DNA of 64,000 nt. It comes from Macrostomum hystrix (lineage: Eukaryota > Animalia > Platyhelminthes). Below, in pieces: positions 25,101 to 37,934 of the stretch (within the stretch, counting starts at the first letter, position 1; each line of letters opens with the position of its first letter). A model generated the notes under the pieces. That model worked only from the letters and a program-made list of their open reading frames with translations, was not told where the DNA came from and searched no databases. Where the stretch lies: NCBI GenBank assembly GCA_950097015.1, contig CATNEN010000038.1, forward strand, positions 20,646,001 to 20,710,000, in the 5' to 3' direction. The position numbers and the translations under genes were made by a program.

Positions 25101-27114
25101 AAAAAAACCCAGACTCTAAAAAACATGACAACATAGGTTAACAATACAGATGTATAGTATCTAGCATCTAGCATCGCGTTGAATAGAATGATGATGAAAG
25201 TGGTTTGACGGCATCAAAAAAATTCAAAACAGGTAGACTCAGCGAGTGAGAAACTGGGACACCGGGAGAGGGGGACAGAGAGGGGGACAGAGAGGGGGAC
25301 AGAGAGGGAGACAGAGAGACAGAGAGGGGGACAGAGAGGGGGACAGAGAGGGGGGCAGAGAGGGGGACAGAGAGGGGGACAGAGAGGGGGACATCAGCCG
25401 AGGGACGCAGTAGATCGGAGCGTGGCTCACGAATCTCAGCCAGCAGTTGGTGCGCAGTCGCTGCTGATTCTCCTCCAGGTCCAAGATCTGGATTAGCGCC
25501 AAGCCCAGTCGGACAGTCAGCACATCTGTGCTGTTCCTGACTGGCCTGCCGACAATGCCCCACTCGGCGTAGCGCTGCAGCAGGCGGTTCGTCAACCGCT
25601 TCTCGGCCGAGCCCAGCCGGTGGATATGCGGCCTCTGCGACTTGCTGTGACTGGTCGAATGATCGATTGGCCTCACAACGGATGCAGCTGCGGCACAATG
25701 GAGACATAAATCTATTTTCGTTCGCCGTGCTTGCTTTCATCGATGCAATCATCCCATTTTCCAATTTTCCCTCATTCCTATCTTTCCTCTCCAATTTTCC
25801 CTCATTCCTATCTTCCCTCTCTAATTTTCCCTCATTCCTATCTTTCCTCTCCAATTTTCCCTCATTCCTATCTTCCCTCTTCTCCAATTTCCCTCATTCC
25901 TATCTTCCCTCTTCTCCAATTTCCCTCATTCCTATCTTCCCTCTCCAATTTTCCCTCATTCCTATCTTTCCTCTCCAATTTTCCCTCATTCCTATCTTCC
26001 CTCTTCTCCAATTTCCCTCATTCCTATCTTCCCTCTTTTCCAATTTCCCTCATTCCTATCTTCCCTCTTCTCCAATTTCCCTCATTCCTATCTTCCCTCT
26101 TCTCCAATTTCCCTCATTCCTATCTTCCCTCTTCTCCAATTTCCCTCATTCCTATCTTCCCTCTTCTCCAATTTTCCCTCATTCCTATCTTCCCTCTTCT
26201 CCAATTTCCCTCATTCCTATCTTCCCTCTTCTCCAATTTTCCCTCATTCCTATCTTCCCTCTTCTCCAATTTCCCTCATTCCTATCTTCCCTCTTCTCCA
26301 ATTTTCCCTCATTCCTATCTTTCCTCTCCAATTTTCCCTCATTCCTATCTTCCCTCTCCAATTTTCCCTCATTCCTATCTTCCCTCTTCTCCAATTTCCC
26401 TCATTCCTATCTTCCCTCTTCTCCAATTTCCCTCATTCCTATCTTCCCTCTTCTCCAATTTCCCTCATTCCTATCTTCCCTCTTCTCCAATTTTCCCTCA
26501 TTCCTATCTTTCCTCTCCAATTTTCCCTCATTCCTATCTTCCCTCTCTAATTTTCCCTCATTCCTATCTTTCCTCTCCAATTTTCCCTCATTCCTATCTT
26601 CCCTCTTCTCCAATTTCCCTCATTCCTATCTTCCCTCTTCTCCAATTTCCCTCATTCCTATCTTCTCTCTCCAATTTTCCCTCATTCCTATCTTCCCTCT
26701 TCTCCAGTTTCCCTCATTCCTATCTTCCCTCTTTTCCAATTTCCCTCATTCCTATCTTCCCTCTTCTCCAATTTCCCTCATTCCTATCTTCCCTCTCCAA
26801 TTTTCCCACTTTCCAATCTTTCCTCTTCTTCCCTCATCCCTCCTTCCCGGTTCCTTTCTCGTCCTCCTCCCAATTCCCAACATTCCCTCTCCTCGATATC
26901 CTCTCCCTGATATCCCTCTCCCCGAATTCTCTTTCCAATATCCCTCGACCAATATTATCTGCCCAATATCTTATCCCCAATATCTCTCTCACGAATACCC
27001 CACTGCCAAATCTTCCCTCATTCCCAGAGGCAGAAGAATATGGCAAAAAATGAGTCGCAAACACTGCTTACCCTGCGTTAGTAACAAAACCAGCCCAAGG
27101 AGTCGCAGCTGCAT
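16119..27114 (-). CDS. Cys-loop nicotinic-type receptor subunit, non-alpha, predicted acetylcholine-gated chloride channel (ACC-like); exons 27114-27072, 25687-25431, 24991-24873, 24409-24274, 23258-22835, 17348-17262, 16895-16777, 16667-16119
   Basis: Signal peptide MQLRLLGLVLLL, loop A IWTPDIKLYN, Cys-loop CKVRLLNFPFDTQHC, loop B FGSWTYD, M1-M2 WLPPESPAKMLLGMNIFVAFFILLLLLAE, M4 EWRTLAQVLDRLFF. All seven introns are GT-AG and in phase. No vicinal Cys-Cys in loop C. Confidence 0.95.
17537..18499. repeat. 43-bp CpG-rich minisatellite (TTGGCTTCTGACGTAAACAATCATCAAAGTACGTCGTGAACGT), about 22 copies, intronic
   Basis: Period measured from 17581 to 17624; very homogeneous. Confidence 0.97.
19300..22805. 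repeat. 25-bp minisatellite (GAACWCAATKGGTAGATRCATGATR), about 140 copies, intronic
   Basis: Units visible directly, with a few variable positions; ends about 29 nt from the splice donor at 22834. Confidence 0.98.
23281..23621 (-). mobile_element. tRNA-derived SINE family A, near full-length (~340 bp)
   Basis: Minus-strand head GGGGGTCGGTGGCAGAGCGG (A box) ... GAGCACGATTC (B-box-like), a shared body, and a 3' end ...TGCCCATAGCCCTCCTGCAA. At least seven copies in the window. Confidence 0.9.
24470..24760. repeat. 32-bp minisatellite TTATTCAGTTCCAGCCTTCACTCTCTCRTCTA, intronic
   Basis: About 9 units. Confidence 0.95.
25267..25392. repeat. 12-bp G-rich minisatellite AGAGAGGGGGAC, intronic
   Basis: About 10 units, most with a G5 run. 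Confidence 0.95.
25755..26830. repeat. 30-33-bp pyrimidine-rich minisatellite (TTCCCTCATTCCTATCTTCCCTC[TTC]TCCAAT), intronic
   Basis: Units visible directly; source of the 440- and 486-aa ORFs. Confidence 0.96.
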
Positions 27115-27914
27115 AGTATTGTGCTAGGAGACAAGGCTTAGGTCCTAAAATACTTTATAGCTTATAGCTGCCTCTAAATAGCATGAAAGAATGGGGATAA
27201 CATTTATAATCCTCTGAGATCCCTATTTACTCCTTAAAAATTCGAAGAGCGTTTATATCAAAAGAAAAAGATTTCTTGTCGCATGCCTCATGGCTGACTC
27301 TTCTGAAACAGCGCCAACAAGCAGCCTGGAACTTCTCGCCCTAAATTTATTAATCAGCACTTCCACTCCCATGGAGGCAATGTTGAATGCCGATTGGCTG
27401 AGAGGTCGGGTAGGAGACGACTGAAGACGATTCAAGCCGGCTCATGAGGAGAGAACTATTTGGACAGACCCAGTTAGTTTTGGAGTGTGTACTCAAAGTC
27501 GACAATGCTTCATCGGCGCACAATAGATACTGCATTATGCACAATAAAGGCCTTGCTTTACTACTATTCAATTGGCTAAGCCGCTGAATTCATTGGAACT
27601 CAGCAACTTGGCTTTAGTTGGTCATCTCTTATTCAAACTCCGGTCAACCATAAACAATCTATAGCTATACTATAGCTTTGGGGTCAGCTATCAGCTATAA
27701 TAGGCTGCGTAGAAATTTTCTCTACAAGTTAACGTTAGATGGGGAACAACATTATTACTGCAGAGAAAAAAACGAGGACAATTTCTAAGATGGGATCCCG
27801 AAGAAAATGCAATGCTTGGGCTATATTCAGCTCTTCACAATGCTTGAGAACTACTCAATTAGAATGATCCAATGCGCTCAGTAGGACGTCAAAATGAGTT
27901 CTGTACCATTCATC

Positions 27915-28460
27915 ACAGTGAGCTCTATCCTGCAAGGCACATTGCAATCGGTTGTACGTCTGCCCGAATTGAAAGTCAAAGGTAGATGTACAATTTAATC
28001 TACATCTGTAAATCAGTTCAAGGGGCTTTCGGTGCTACTGAAGTGGATTCCTGCTAGTCACGCAGGCTTTCCGTGGGAAACGAGAACGCGGGCCAGCAGC
28101 TTGCGACAGCAGGGCTCTCCCGATAGGTCTGGTACCACGCGGGCCCCGATCACATCCTCAGATCCTTCATCTGCACCAAAGTAGACTACGAAGCTGGATG
28201 GAATCTAAACACCAAGAAAGGTGGTCCAACACCCGTGCAGAATTGTTGCCTGTAGGGCTGTGGTCCTGAAGGCTCTGCTTCTCACAGCCTGCATAAAACC
28301 CTTCAAAAGCTCAATCGCAGAGAGCTCAGGGCGGTCAGTAGAACCCTTTCTGGGTACCGCTGCTTCTCACAACACCATTTCATCCAGGGCCAGGTGCCAG
28401 GGGAGCTTTAGTTTTTTTCCAGTCCGCTAACGAAAATGCGGAACACTTTATCTGTCAATA
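27915..28460 (+). mobile_element. Decayed non-LTR retrotransposon fragment (RNase H domain)
   Basis: 28038-28105 reads LKWIPASHAGF, then after a frameshift GNENAGQQLA, matching the RNase H motif WIPxHxGxxGNExADxLA. An upstream SELY resembles the AEL motif. Frameshifted throughout. Confidence 0.65.
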
Positions 28461-29350
28461 ATGATATACGAGGGCACCGATAAAAAGCATCTTGAGCCAA
28501 TCCTAATGCTCTCTGAAGCTTGCAGGCCTGAGAGCATCTCGCTGGATGCTCGCCCGGTACCTCAGCAGGAATCCTCAGCAGTACCTCTCATTCCGAGAGC
28601 CGATTTCTTCCTCTATATATGCTTGTGCGGAAGAGCGCTCTACAGACGAGACGGACGGGTCCCTGAGCAACACCTCACCGTCTGGATCATTGCCAGGGGC
28701 TGGCGAAGTTGGCATCCCCTCCGCCTCCTTGCTGCATCCACTCGGGCATGTGCACCCTGCAGCTAAGTCAAAGTAAGTCAACAACCCCATGCTCTCTGCA
28801 CTGCACACTGCAGCTATACTCACCTGCGAAAAAATTTTCTGGGCAAAAATATAGCTATGGAATGTTTTCTTTAAGGCCACAAAATGCACTCGAATGAATC
28901 TCGTGAAGCAGCTTGCACCACCACATACCACAGAAGAGATATATGGTGGCGGTGATTACTCCGTCGATCATATTTTCGCCTGATAAACTGCCTTTGGTGG
29001 TCAAAGTGGTTGGATCTCATATCTGACGTTGCTGGGACAAGAAATAAGCGTACAGCGTAGAAATAAGCATAAAGCGTACTTATTGTTATTATTTGCAATG
29101 AACTTCACGTAAAAGAAACCCTTAGAAACTGAAAAACTCGTGCGAATTTAACTGGTAACGATTCGAGGAAAAATCGGAAGCAGCACACTGATTTTCTGAT
29201 ATTCATCTGCAGTTTTAATTAGACGATAGTTGTTCAAGATAATTCTAATTGATATTTCAGCCTAAATATATATTGCTATGTATTTCTAGTACTCGTAGCT
29301 ATAACAGCTATAGCTTTCTGTTCCATAAATTCTGTATGATAGACAGATCT

Positions 29351-32300
29351 ATGGGAAACATTGAAAGAGTTTTTGTAACTTTACTACTGGGCTTTACATT
29401 TGCTGTGTCAGCAGAAACCAGTACCTGTGAAAGACAGAAAATTGAGATTGCAAAGCAGTTATCAGCTTTATCGTCCAAACAAGAGTTTATTTCTGAGGTG
29501 AGTAAAACAAGAAACAAAATTTCAATTTTGTTTTCTATGTACTTGTTTGTTACTTATCTTTAAAAAATTAATTTAATTTTTAATTGATTTTTATAATCAT
29601 TTTTTGCTAGGCGACTAGGCCTAATCAATTTTCAAAGTGTTGGCAGAAATATGACTGAGGGGACTTGTGCTTTGCTTTTACTTATATCACTGTACTAAGG
29701 TCGAGTTAAGAGTATATACATAGACAAAAATAATTTTGACTAAGTTAATACTATCTTAATACATAAATGATTAAAGAAATAGAAATAATGATCTAAATGA
29801 CACTTCAATTTTATAATTAATGACTACTAAGATATCCATAATCGATATAATTATAGGGATGCTTAGGTCTAAGTCTAATTTTTACTGGAACAATTACTAA
29901 TATATACCAGTAGCTAGCTAGGCCCTTAACCTTAATGAATAGAACACTGCTACAATGCATGCTACAGATGTTACAGTTAGATACATTGTTTAATTATTGC
30001 TTAAATATATTATTTCTCTATAAAATATAGAAGAATAATTCATACTGATCATTTCAAGAATATCAGATTGGAATTAAACATCTCAGTAATTATTTTGAAA
30101 CTGATTTTTAATAATTTATTCTCACATTGACAGTTTGTGTTTGGTAATGACAACAAGCCCGATCTGCAGATAACATGGGGTAGCCCAAACAGCAGGGTAA
30201 CTTTTTGATATTTTGATATAATTTTTTTGCAATTTCAAATGCCTGCTAAACTTGACTGCTATGTTTTGATTTTGTTGCAGACTGTACTAGCTGTTACAGT
30301 GGAATCCTACAGAAGCGGGTCGACTATAGCAGATGTCTATCGCAGCACAGACGATGGTCGGTCATTTCAAAGCATCACTAATCAGATTAGTCCTGACAAG
30401 CCACTGAAACTACTAAATCAATTTGCTCTGCAGAGAAATCCTGTTAATTCTAGCCAGATCTACCTAGCCAGCCCCGGCGACTCAAACTCTGTCACAAATG
30501 TTCACATATCTATGGATGGCGGTGCCAGCTGGCACCTCACAGTCCTGCCATTCCTACTTACCGAGCCATTCATATTTCACTCGAAACAGTCAAACCTGGC
30601 GTTGGCTCGCAGTGGTTCGACCCTGTTTCTAACCAGAGACGGCGTATTCAGCTGGACAAGACTGAAGGAAAACGTTTTCAAGGTTACTTTCCTGTGACTA
30701 GTAACTGTTTTACAGCCCAGACAGTGTACATAACTATGACAGATTCATTTATTTCCCAGATTTAACAATCTAAATGCATCTCTGACTCTCATTAGACAGT
30801 TTTATCCCTGATTAGACAGTTTGTCTGCACCCATGATTAGACAGTTTGTCTGTATTCATTATTAGACAGTTTGTCTGTATCCTTGATTAGACAGTTTGTC
30901 TGTATTCATTATTAGACAGTTTGTCTGTATCCTTGATTAGACAGTTTGTCTGTATCCCTGATTAGATAGTTTGTATCCTTGATTAGACAGTTTGTCTGCA
31001 CCCATGGTTAGACAGTTTGTCTGTATTCATTATTAGACAGTTTGTCTGTATCCTTGATTAGACAGTTTGTCTGTATCCCTGATTAGACAGTTTGTCTGTA
31101 TCCCTGATTAGACAGTTTGTCTGTATCCCTGATTAGACAGTTTGTCTGTATTCATTATTAGACAGTTTGTCTGTATTCATTATTAGACAGTTTGTCTGTA
31201 TTCATTATTAGACAGTTTGTCTGTATCCCTGATTAGACAGTTTGTCTGTATTCATTATTAGACAGTTTGTCTGTATCCCTGATTAGACAGTTTGTCTGTA
31301 TCCCTGATTAGACAGTTTGTCTGTATCCCTGATTAGACAGTTTGTCTGTATTCATGGTTAGAAAGTTTGTATTTCTGTTTAGACTGTCTCTGGTTTGAAG
31401 TCTCCTTGGTACTTTAGAACTATATTTGCATGTTTTAAATAACTATATTTTCCCAGGCTACTTGGGGCTCAGCCCCTGCAATCGAGCCGAATGCAATCTA
31501 CATAGCCCAGGAAGGTTCTACTGCATCCAATCCTTCAGCCGGTTCGTCGGCTTCCGTTGTTCGCGATGCCACAGCAGGTATTCCGGCTGGCAGCTTGCGA
31601 CTACCCAGCGCCTCGCGTTTTCTATTAAAAAGCAACGACTTAGGTGAAAATTGGCGTGAAATCGCCAAAGACATCTATTCGTACGTTGGTCGAGAGAATT
31701 TTTTGTTTGTTTCTCGCGGTGAAATTGATGGCATCAGTCGACGCCTGGAGGTGTCAACAGACTACGGCGCCAGTTTTCATCGAACCAGCCTGCCGAGCAT
31801 TCAGCCAGACAGTTTCGCCACCCTGATGGACGTAGCTAACGGCCTCGCATTTGTCTACATTGATTCGGGCAGTTTCAAAGGCTATGGAACTCTCTACACA
31901 TCGGACGCTAGCGGTCGTTTATTCTCAAAGTCCCTTGAGCGTCACCTCTATCCGCCAGGCAGTCAAGCTAGCGATTTCTACCGTGTCGAATCGATGCCGG
32001 GCACGTTCTTAACGACCGTTTATAGAACGGACGGCACTTTGGGTACATTGATTAGTCACAACCGCGGCGCCAATTGGGAGCCATTATCAGCGCCACCTGG
32101 TGTTGACGGCTGTGCAGCTGGTATCGATTGTCAATTGCAGGTGTGTTGCAAGTCAATTATTTAATTCGTTGATTCATTGAATCGTATCAAACTTCATATC
32201 GTATCAAACGCGACTAGCGAAGCGGCAGATTGAAACGAGACAAATAAGTCCCCAGCCAATCGCAGACAGACAACGGGGGGCAGAAATGAATAGGGGCATG

Positions 32301-35115
32301 GTCAAAAGATAGGGGCAGACGGTGAGGCCTAAGCGCACGAGGGCAGGGCATGGAAGGAAAGAACAAGCCAGGCCAGGGAGGAGAGTAATGTACAATCGGA
32401 TATGTACATGTAGAGCTGTCTTCTCCTATGTAAAAATAGCGGCGCGGCCAAATTTTCGGCTCGTCCAACCCTGCTTTAGAGCCAGTTGATTCTATATCAT
32501 CCGTGTTTGGTATTCAAGGGTCGTTCATACTGTTATCAAATTGATGGTATTTGAAAGCAAATGTACTATAGTGTGTTCAATGTCGTTTGATAGCAGTGCC
32601 AAGAGTGCCCTTTGAAAAGTCTTTATTGCATCATTAATTTCAATATCCCTAGCTAGTCTGCGAGATCAGCATCGCCAACGGCCAGGCGGAGCCGCCTGTC
32701 TCCCTGGCGGCCGCGCCCGGCCTTCTAGTTGCCCACGGCAATGTTGGCAGCTCGCTGCGGCCCAGCTCACTGCCAGATGTCTATATTAGCAGCGACGGCG
32801 GCTACAGCTGGGCTAGGGCTTTGAATGGTCCGCACAAGATTCGGCTGGGTAACAATGGCGGTTTCATTGCAGCTCTGCCCATTGGGTCTAGTGCGCCGCG
32901 GCTGATTAAATTCAGCACAGACGCTGGACGATGCTGGCACAGCTACAATGTCACCATTGAGGACTATAGGTGAGGTATTTCTGACAAGAAACTACTCATT
33001 TGAATAACTCTGTGTGATATTTAGCCTATGAAAATTTCGGATTTGGAAGTCAGATTTTAGTCACTTTCTGTGGGATACGAAACATTATTGATTTATGAAT
33101 ACAGTCTAGTGGGGATATGCGATTCGATCTCTGGACCTCTCGATTAATTGTCCGATGAGCTACAACCCTGCATAATAAAAAATAATAAGAATGCTAATTT
33201 ATTTTATTACTTGTTGGCGGGCTACGGGCAATGCCACATCAACTGGTGACATTTCGCTGACTCCTGAGCACACACGCACACACACAAATACTGTACGCAG
33301 GCACACGCTCAAACAGGTGTGTACATCTGCCCTGACTTTCTCATCGTCAGGCAGTGTACAATCTTTGTTTGAAACCACCCCAAACCTTCAAGCCCTCTCT
33401 CGGCGGCTGCGCCCCAAATATATGTGGCCTCGCCGCGGAATCGAGCTCAGGGACCTTGGTGGGAGAGGCAAACGCGATAGACTGCTCTGCCACTCACCTC
33501 TTAGCCACAGGATTAGTCTGTAGTAAATTAGAGAATTTTAGCGTAGCACACATCTAGGATTGGCCTTGCCGCCCGCAGATTCACCGGGTTCGTTAGTGAG
33601 CCAGGCAGCCGGGCCACTTCAGTAGCCATCTGGGGCAACTCGGAGCGGTCCCACAATTGGCGCATCTTTGTCATCGACTTCGCCGCCGTGCTGACTCGCG
33701 AGTGCTCGCAGACAGACTACGAGCCCTGGCTAATTAATGGCGAGCTGAGCTCCACTGGCTCCGCCGCCGGATCAACCAATCGGAGAGCGTGCCTGTTCGG
33801 TGCCAAGGTGACCATTATGCGACTAAAGCCAGACAGCATGTGCGCCAATAATTACAGTTATACGCCTAGTGAGACAATTGAGCCGTGCAACTGTAACAAA
33901 GAGGATTTCGGCTGCGAATTCGGCTACACTCGCGAACTGGGCAGACGCGACTGCGTCAGGGACAGCAGCGTGCCGGAGCTGGACGTCTGCACGGATACTA
34001 ACAGTGTGGATAGAATCATATCAGACGGATATCGAAAGCTGCCAGGAAACCGCTGCGTTGGCGGGTTTGCTCCAAATCGAACTCAGCAGACTGCGCTTAA
34101 GGTGACTAGAGTGATAACTGCGTGAAAGGCTACAGGGAACATGGACACTCTTCAGGGAACATGGACACTCTACAGGGAACATGGACACTCTTCAGGGAAC
34201 ATGGACAATCTACAGGGAACATGGACAATCTACAGGGAACATGGACACTCTACAGGGAACATGGACACTCTTCAGGGAACATGGACACTCTACAGGGAAC
34301 ATGGACAATCTACAGGGAACATGGACACTCTTCAGGGAACATGGACACTCTACAGGGAACATGGACACTCTTCAGGGAACATGGACACTCTACAGGGAAC
34401 ATGGACACTCTACAGGGAACATGGACACTCTTCAGGGAACATGGACACTCTACAGGGAACATGGACACTCTACAGGGAACATGGACACTCTTCAGGGAAC
34501 ATGGACACTCTACAGGGAACATGGACACTCTTTAAGACCTAATAATAATTTTATATTGTTGAGTCTCAGCTTTCATAACACCTCTTGTCATTCCAATGTC
34601 AGGGCGAGAACTGCAGCCAGCTTCTGCATCGGCAAAGACAGCGCGCTGAAGCTGCCGCCTCAGCTGAGCTCGGAGCTCGAGCCCAAAACGCCTACCGACT
34701 GATTAGCCAGCTCAGTGCCGCGGATGCTGAAGCTGTGGCCAATCAACGCAGACACGTGTTGAGCATTGTGCTGCCATTGTGCGCTGTTCTTGGCGCTCTG
34801 CTCGTCGTCATCCTGGCGCTGGTTGTGGCCGCCAAGCTTCGAGAACGCCGGCGTCGACTTATAGCTTTTCAATATTCGGTTATCTCGTCAGCTGGTCGTG
34901 AGGAGGATGGGCGGGATTTTGGAAATCAGCCGAGGAAAACAGCAGCAGCTCCGCCTGATCGCGAGGCACTGCTGACTGCCGATGTGGATATCACAAATGG
35001 ATCTGTGAGCTCATTGTTTTGTCTTTTTCGTTGTCTACGAAAACCCGTGTTTAGCCGTGGACTAGCAAAGTTTGCCCCCTCCGAGGAGCACGGACCATTA
35101 TTTTCGATTGCATGA
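29351..35115 (+). CDS. VPS10-domain receptor (sortilin-like); exons 29351-29497, 30134-30196, 30281-30682, 31457-32140, 32653-32969, 33579-34101, 34603 to about 35004/35115 (3' end uncertain)
   Basis: Signal peptide; multiple Asp-box motifs (YRSTDDGRSF, SMDGGASW, SNDLGENW, STDYGASF, SHNRGANW, SSDGGYSW); PGLLVAHGNVG; Cys-rich 10CC region (CNCNKEDFGCEFGY, GYRKLPGNRCVGG); single TM; cytosolic FQYSVI resembling the sortilin YSVL signal. Confidence 0.92.
30790..31370. repeat. 25-bp minisatellite ATTAGACAGTTTGTCTGTATYCMTK, intronic
   Basis: About 23 units, each containing the mini-palindrome AGACA-GTT-TGTCT. Confidence 0.96.
33212..33499 (-). mobile_element. SINE family A copy (intronic)
   Basis: Head GTGGCAGAGCAG...GAGCTCGATTC on the minus strand; body matches the other copies. 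Confidence 0.87.
34131..34530. repeat. 20-bp minisatellite TWCAGGGAACATGGACAMTC, 20 copies, filling most of the intron
   Basis: Exact 20-bp period; the intron is 34102-34602. Confidence 0.98.
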
Positions 35116-36089
35116 TAAATTATTGCATAGTTAGAGAAGTTACTGAACTTGCATTTTGTGGCAGATAAAAAGCAAACTGCCTTTTTATAGCCGTGTGCCT
35201 TTGCTTTCTACTCTATGAACTTGTACGTTACTTATCAAAAAATTTCAGGTCGATGCCTAAAAGTCCTGACAATTACTCATGACTTCATCTGAGGTTCTGT
35301 TTGAGGAGCGGCTAACTTTTTATTAAACGTTATTTTTTTACTGAGTATTTTACTCACAAATTTTACTTTTTTATTTGACAGCTGTCCAATCATTTATTTA
35401 TTCCGGTTTGACTCTTACACACTAATCTACGAGTTCGTAATCAGAGCCACGTAAAATTTATGCAATTTTACGCTTTTTTAGTTTGTATTTAATTTTTAGC
35501 TAATTTTTTAGGGCACGTTAAAAAGCACACGGCTGCTGATTAATTTTTACGACCCTTCATTTGCTCACGCAAAGATCACAATTTAATCGTTCAGCTTCCA
35601 TTTTTTGAACTGTATTAAGTTATATCACAGATTATTGAATGCTTTTTTAGTATTCCAGTATCTACGCTCCTGGATACAATCATCATTTGTTTTTTTATAA
35701 TCGTCTATGGTAAAATCTCTTGCCATTTTACCATAGACAGTTTTATCTGATTACGAGTACATTTACAATTCTACATGCAGTTTAATGAACTGGTGTTAAT
35801 AAAAAAATATTGTATCTAGAATTTTACTATTTGTGTCTTCCAGTTTCAGTTTTCTGTGCTTTTTACTGTGTAATATGTTTTTATCCAGTTTTAGAACCAA
35901 AAATAAAAAATAGTCAAAGCTACCAATGCTGTTAGCTAGGGTAGAAATTTAGGAGTGTGTGGCTTACTCCTGAGTCCACGGATTGTGTGAGACTTGTAGC
36001 TGTAAGTTTGTATGAAAATTAAACATTCTATTTGAATATTTGAATTGAAATGAATTGAAAAACTGAGTTTTTTACTGAAAAGGCGAGAA

Positions 36090-36325
36090 AATGATTATTG
36101 ACAATTTATTAATTTTAGAGGCTTTAGTTAGTAGTCGAAGTAAAGCTCAACTGAGCGCTGCCCAGCGGGCGACACTATATATTTGATGGATCGATATTTT
36201 GGGATGGGGGGACGGCAGGTAAGAGTTGATAGCTGAGCGCGCGTGTAAGGCTCTGATTGGCTGGAGCGATCAGACACATAGGGAGGCGAAGTAAACAGTA
36301 CGCACGCCTTACATTACGCTGCAGT
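36090..36325 (+). repeat. Dispersed repeat arm, inverted partner of 40420-40677
   Basis: GCTCAACTGAGCGCTGCCC.GCGGGCGACA.TATATATTT.ATGGATCGATA...TGATTGGCTGGAGC...GGCGAAGTA is shared in the opposite orientation. Confidence 0.8.
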
Positions 36326-36996
36326 GTAGACTCACTCCTAACAAATGAATCCATCAGCTTTAGCTTGCCATGTTCGCCAAAAATTCCTGTAATTTGAGAA
36401 CAAAGCTAAAATAGAACTTGAAGTAGTTCGCAAAAAATTCTCCTAAATTGTTTTTTATTACGAGTGCATTAAAGAGCTAGCGCACTGCTATGTCGCGTGG
36501 TCACAATGGTCTGATAATCGAGTGTTCTCTTATTACGGTTGTTAATCTAGATTAGCCGAATCCTATGTTCATGCGAGTCTTTGGCTTCAATTTAACAGAG
36601 AACGGTGTAAATCTGGGAAGCCTAAATCCATAATGTTGCTTTATACTTTTATGCATTCGAACAACAATTTATGGGTGCCTTTTCTGCTCCCTATTTATCC
36701 CATTCTCACAATTTAATTGGCATCTGGAGAAAATCTTCAAACCTAAAATTTGAAACAAAGGCCACGTGTTGTCGCGAACTACATTTCTGATTGGGCATGA
36801 TAGACCATATAATGAGTACATGCGCTCATTATACTTGACGGAACCTGTCAAACCGCATACACACTAGCTCGATAAAAAACTCTAAACGCAATCACAAGTA
36901 TTACACTATACAGATGAATGACTCGCCAGCACTGTACTCAAGTGCTGTTTGCACTAACAAATGACAACTTAATTGTTATAATGACGTCTTAATGAC

Positions 36997-37283
36997 GACT
37001 CTACGTCCGACAGACTGAGCATCTGCGCTGACGCCAGCGAGACCGTCGCGGCCGCAGCCGACGGAGATGCCTTCGCGCGGCTCTCATCGAGCTGGCATGC
37101 TGCAGTCTGGCTCCCGACTGCTTCCGTCATCTGCTGGAGGTGACCAATCAGCAAAGCGCCAGCGATGCTGACTGCTGTCTTGTTCACTGCCTCATCATCA
37201 AGCTGTCCATTGTGCAGAGTGACATTCTCCGTTAGGAGGCCGTGAGCTTCCTGCAGCAGGTGCACGATGCAGGGCACTCGGAG
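36997..37283 (+). pseudogene. Inverted partial duplicate of the TRPV-like gene 5' region (copy of 39255-39560)
   Basis: Near-identical reverse complement with a 19-nt deletion after CGGCTC and a CAG->TAG stop (CTCCGTTAG). Confidence 0.92.
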
Positions 37284-37934
37284 AGGAATTGCATAGCGCT
37301 TTAGAAGTACAGCTGTGCAGTCCGTGGACTGGGAGGCCGCCACACTTACCTTAATTTCCACCACAGATGATGCTGGTACCTATCGTACATCTGTGTGAGC
37401 TGATGCAGTGGAAGAACTAATTGCCTTGCTTAAGAAATCGACTTAATTGACTTAAGGGTCATAGGACGCTATCACCATATATTACCATGCATATCGACTG
37501 ACCAAAACGATACTGCATGGTAGAAAAAAAGATCAGAACTTACGAGCTCACAAGCTTGCATGAACATGTTTGTTGTGTTAGTGAGGAAGAGCGGACTACT
37601 GCAGAACTGCAGAAGTTTATGCAGACTTTTATAAGCAGGGATTACCAGTATTTTTCTATTTGCGTTTTTTAGTAAAAATGTTATGGTTTAAAATTTATTT
37701 ATCTAGTTCGATTCAGTCGTCTAGCAGAAAAAATGAATTACTAAATTTATTGGAAAGCAAAATACTCATACTCATAGACGACTAAGCATGAAATTAAACG
37801 TCATTATCATTTTACGTGCAAAACTAAACAAGAAGCAAATATTGTGTTTCTGGGGCATCTTATCTTTCTTACCGCGATTATAATTGCGTGTGTGTTGTCC
37901 TGCTGTTTCGAAGGAACTCTATAGACTTTTATCC

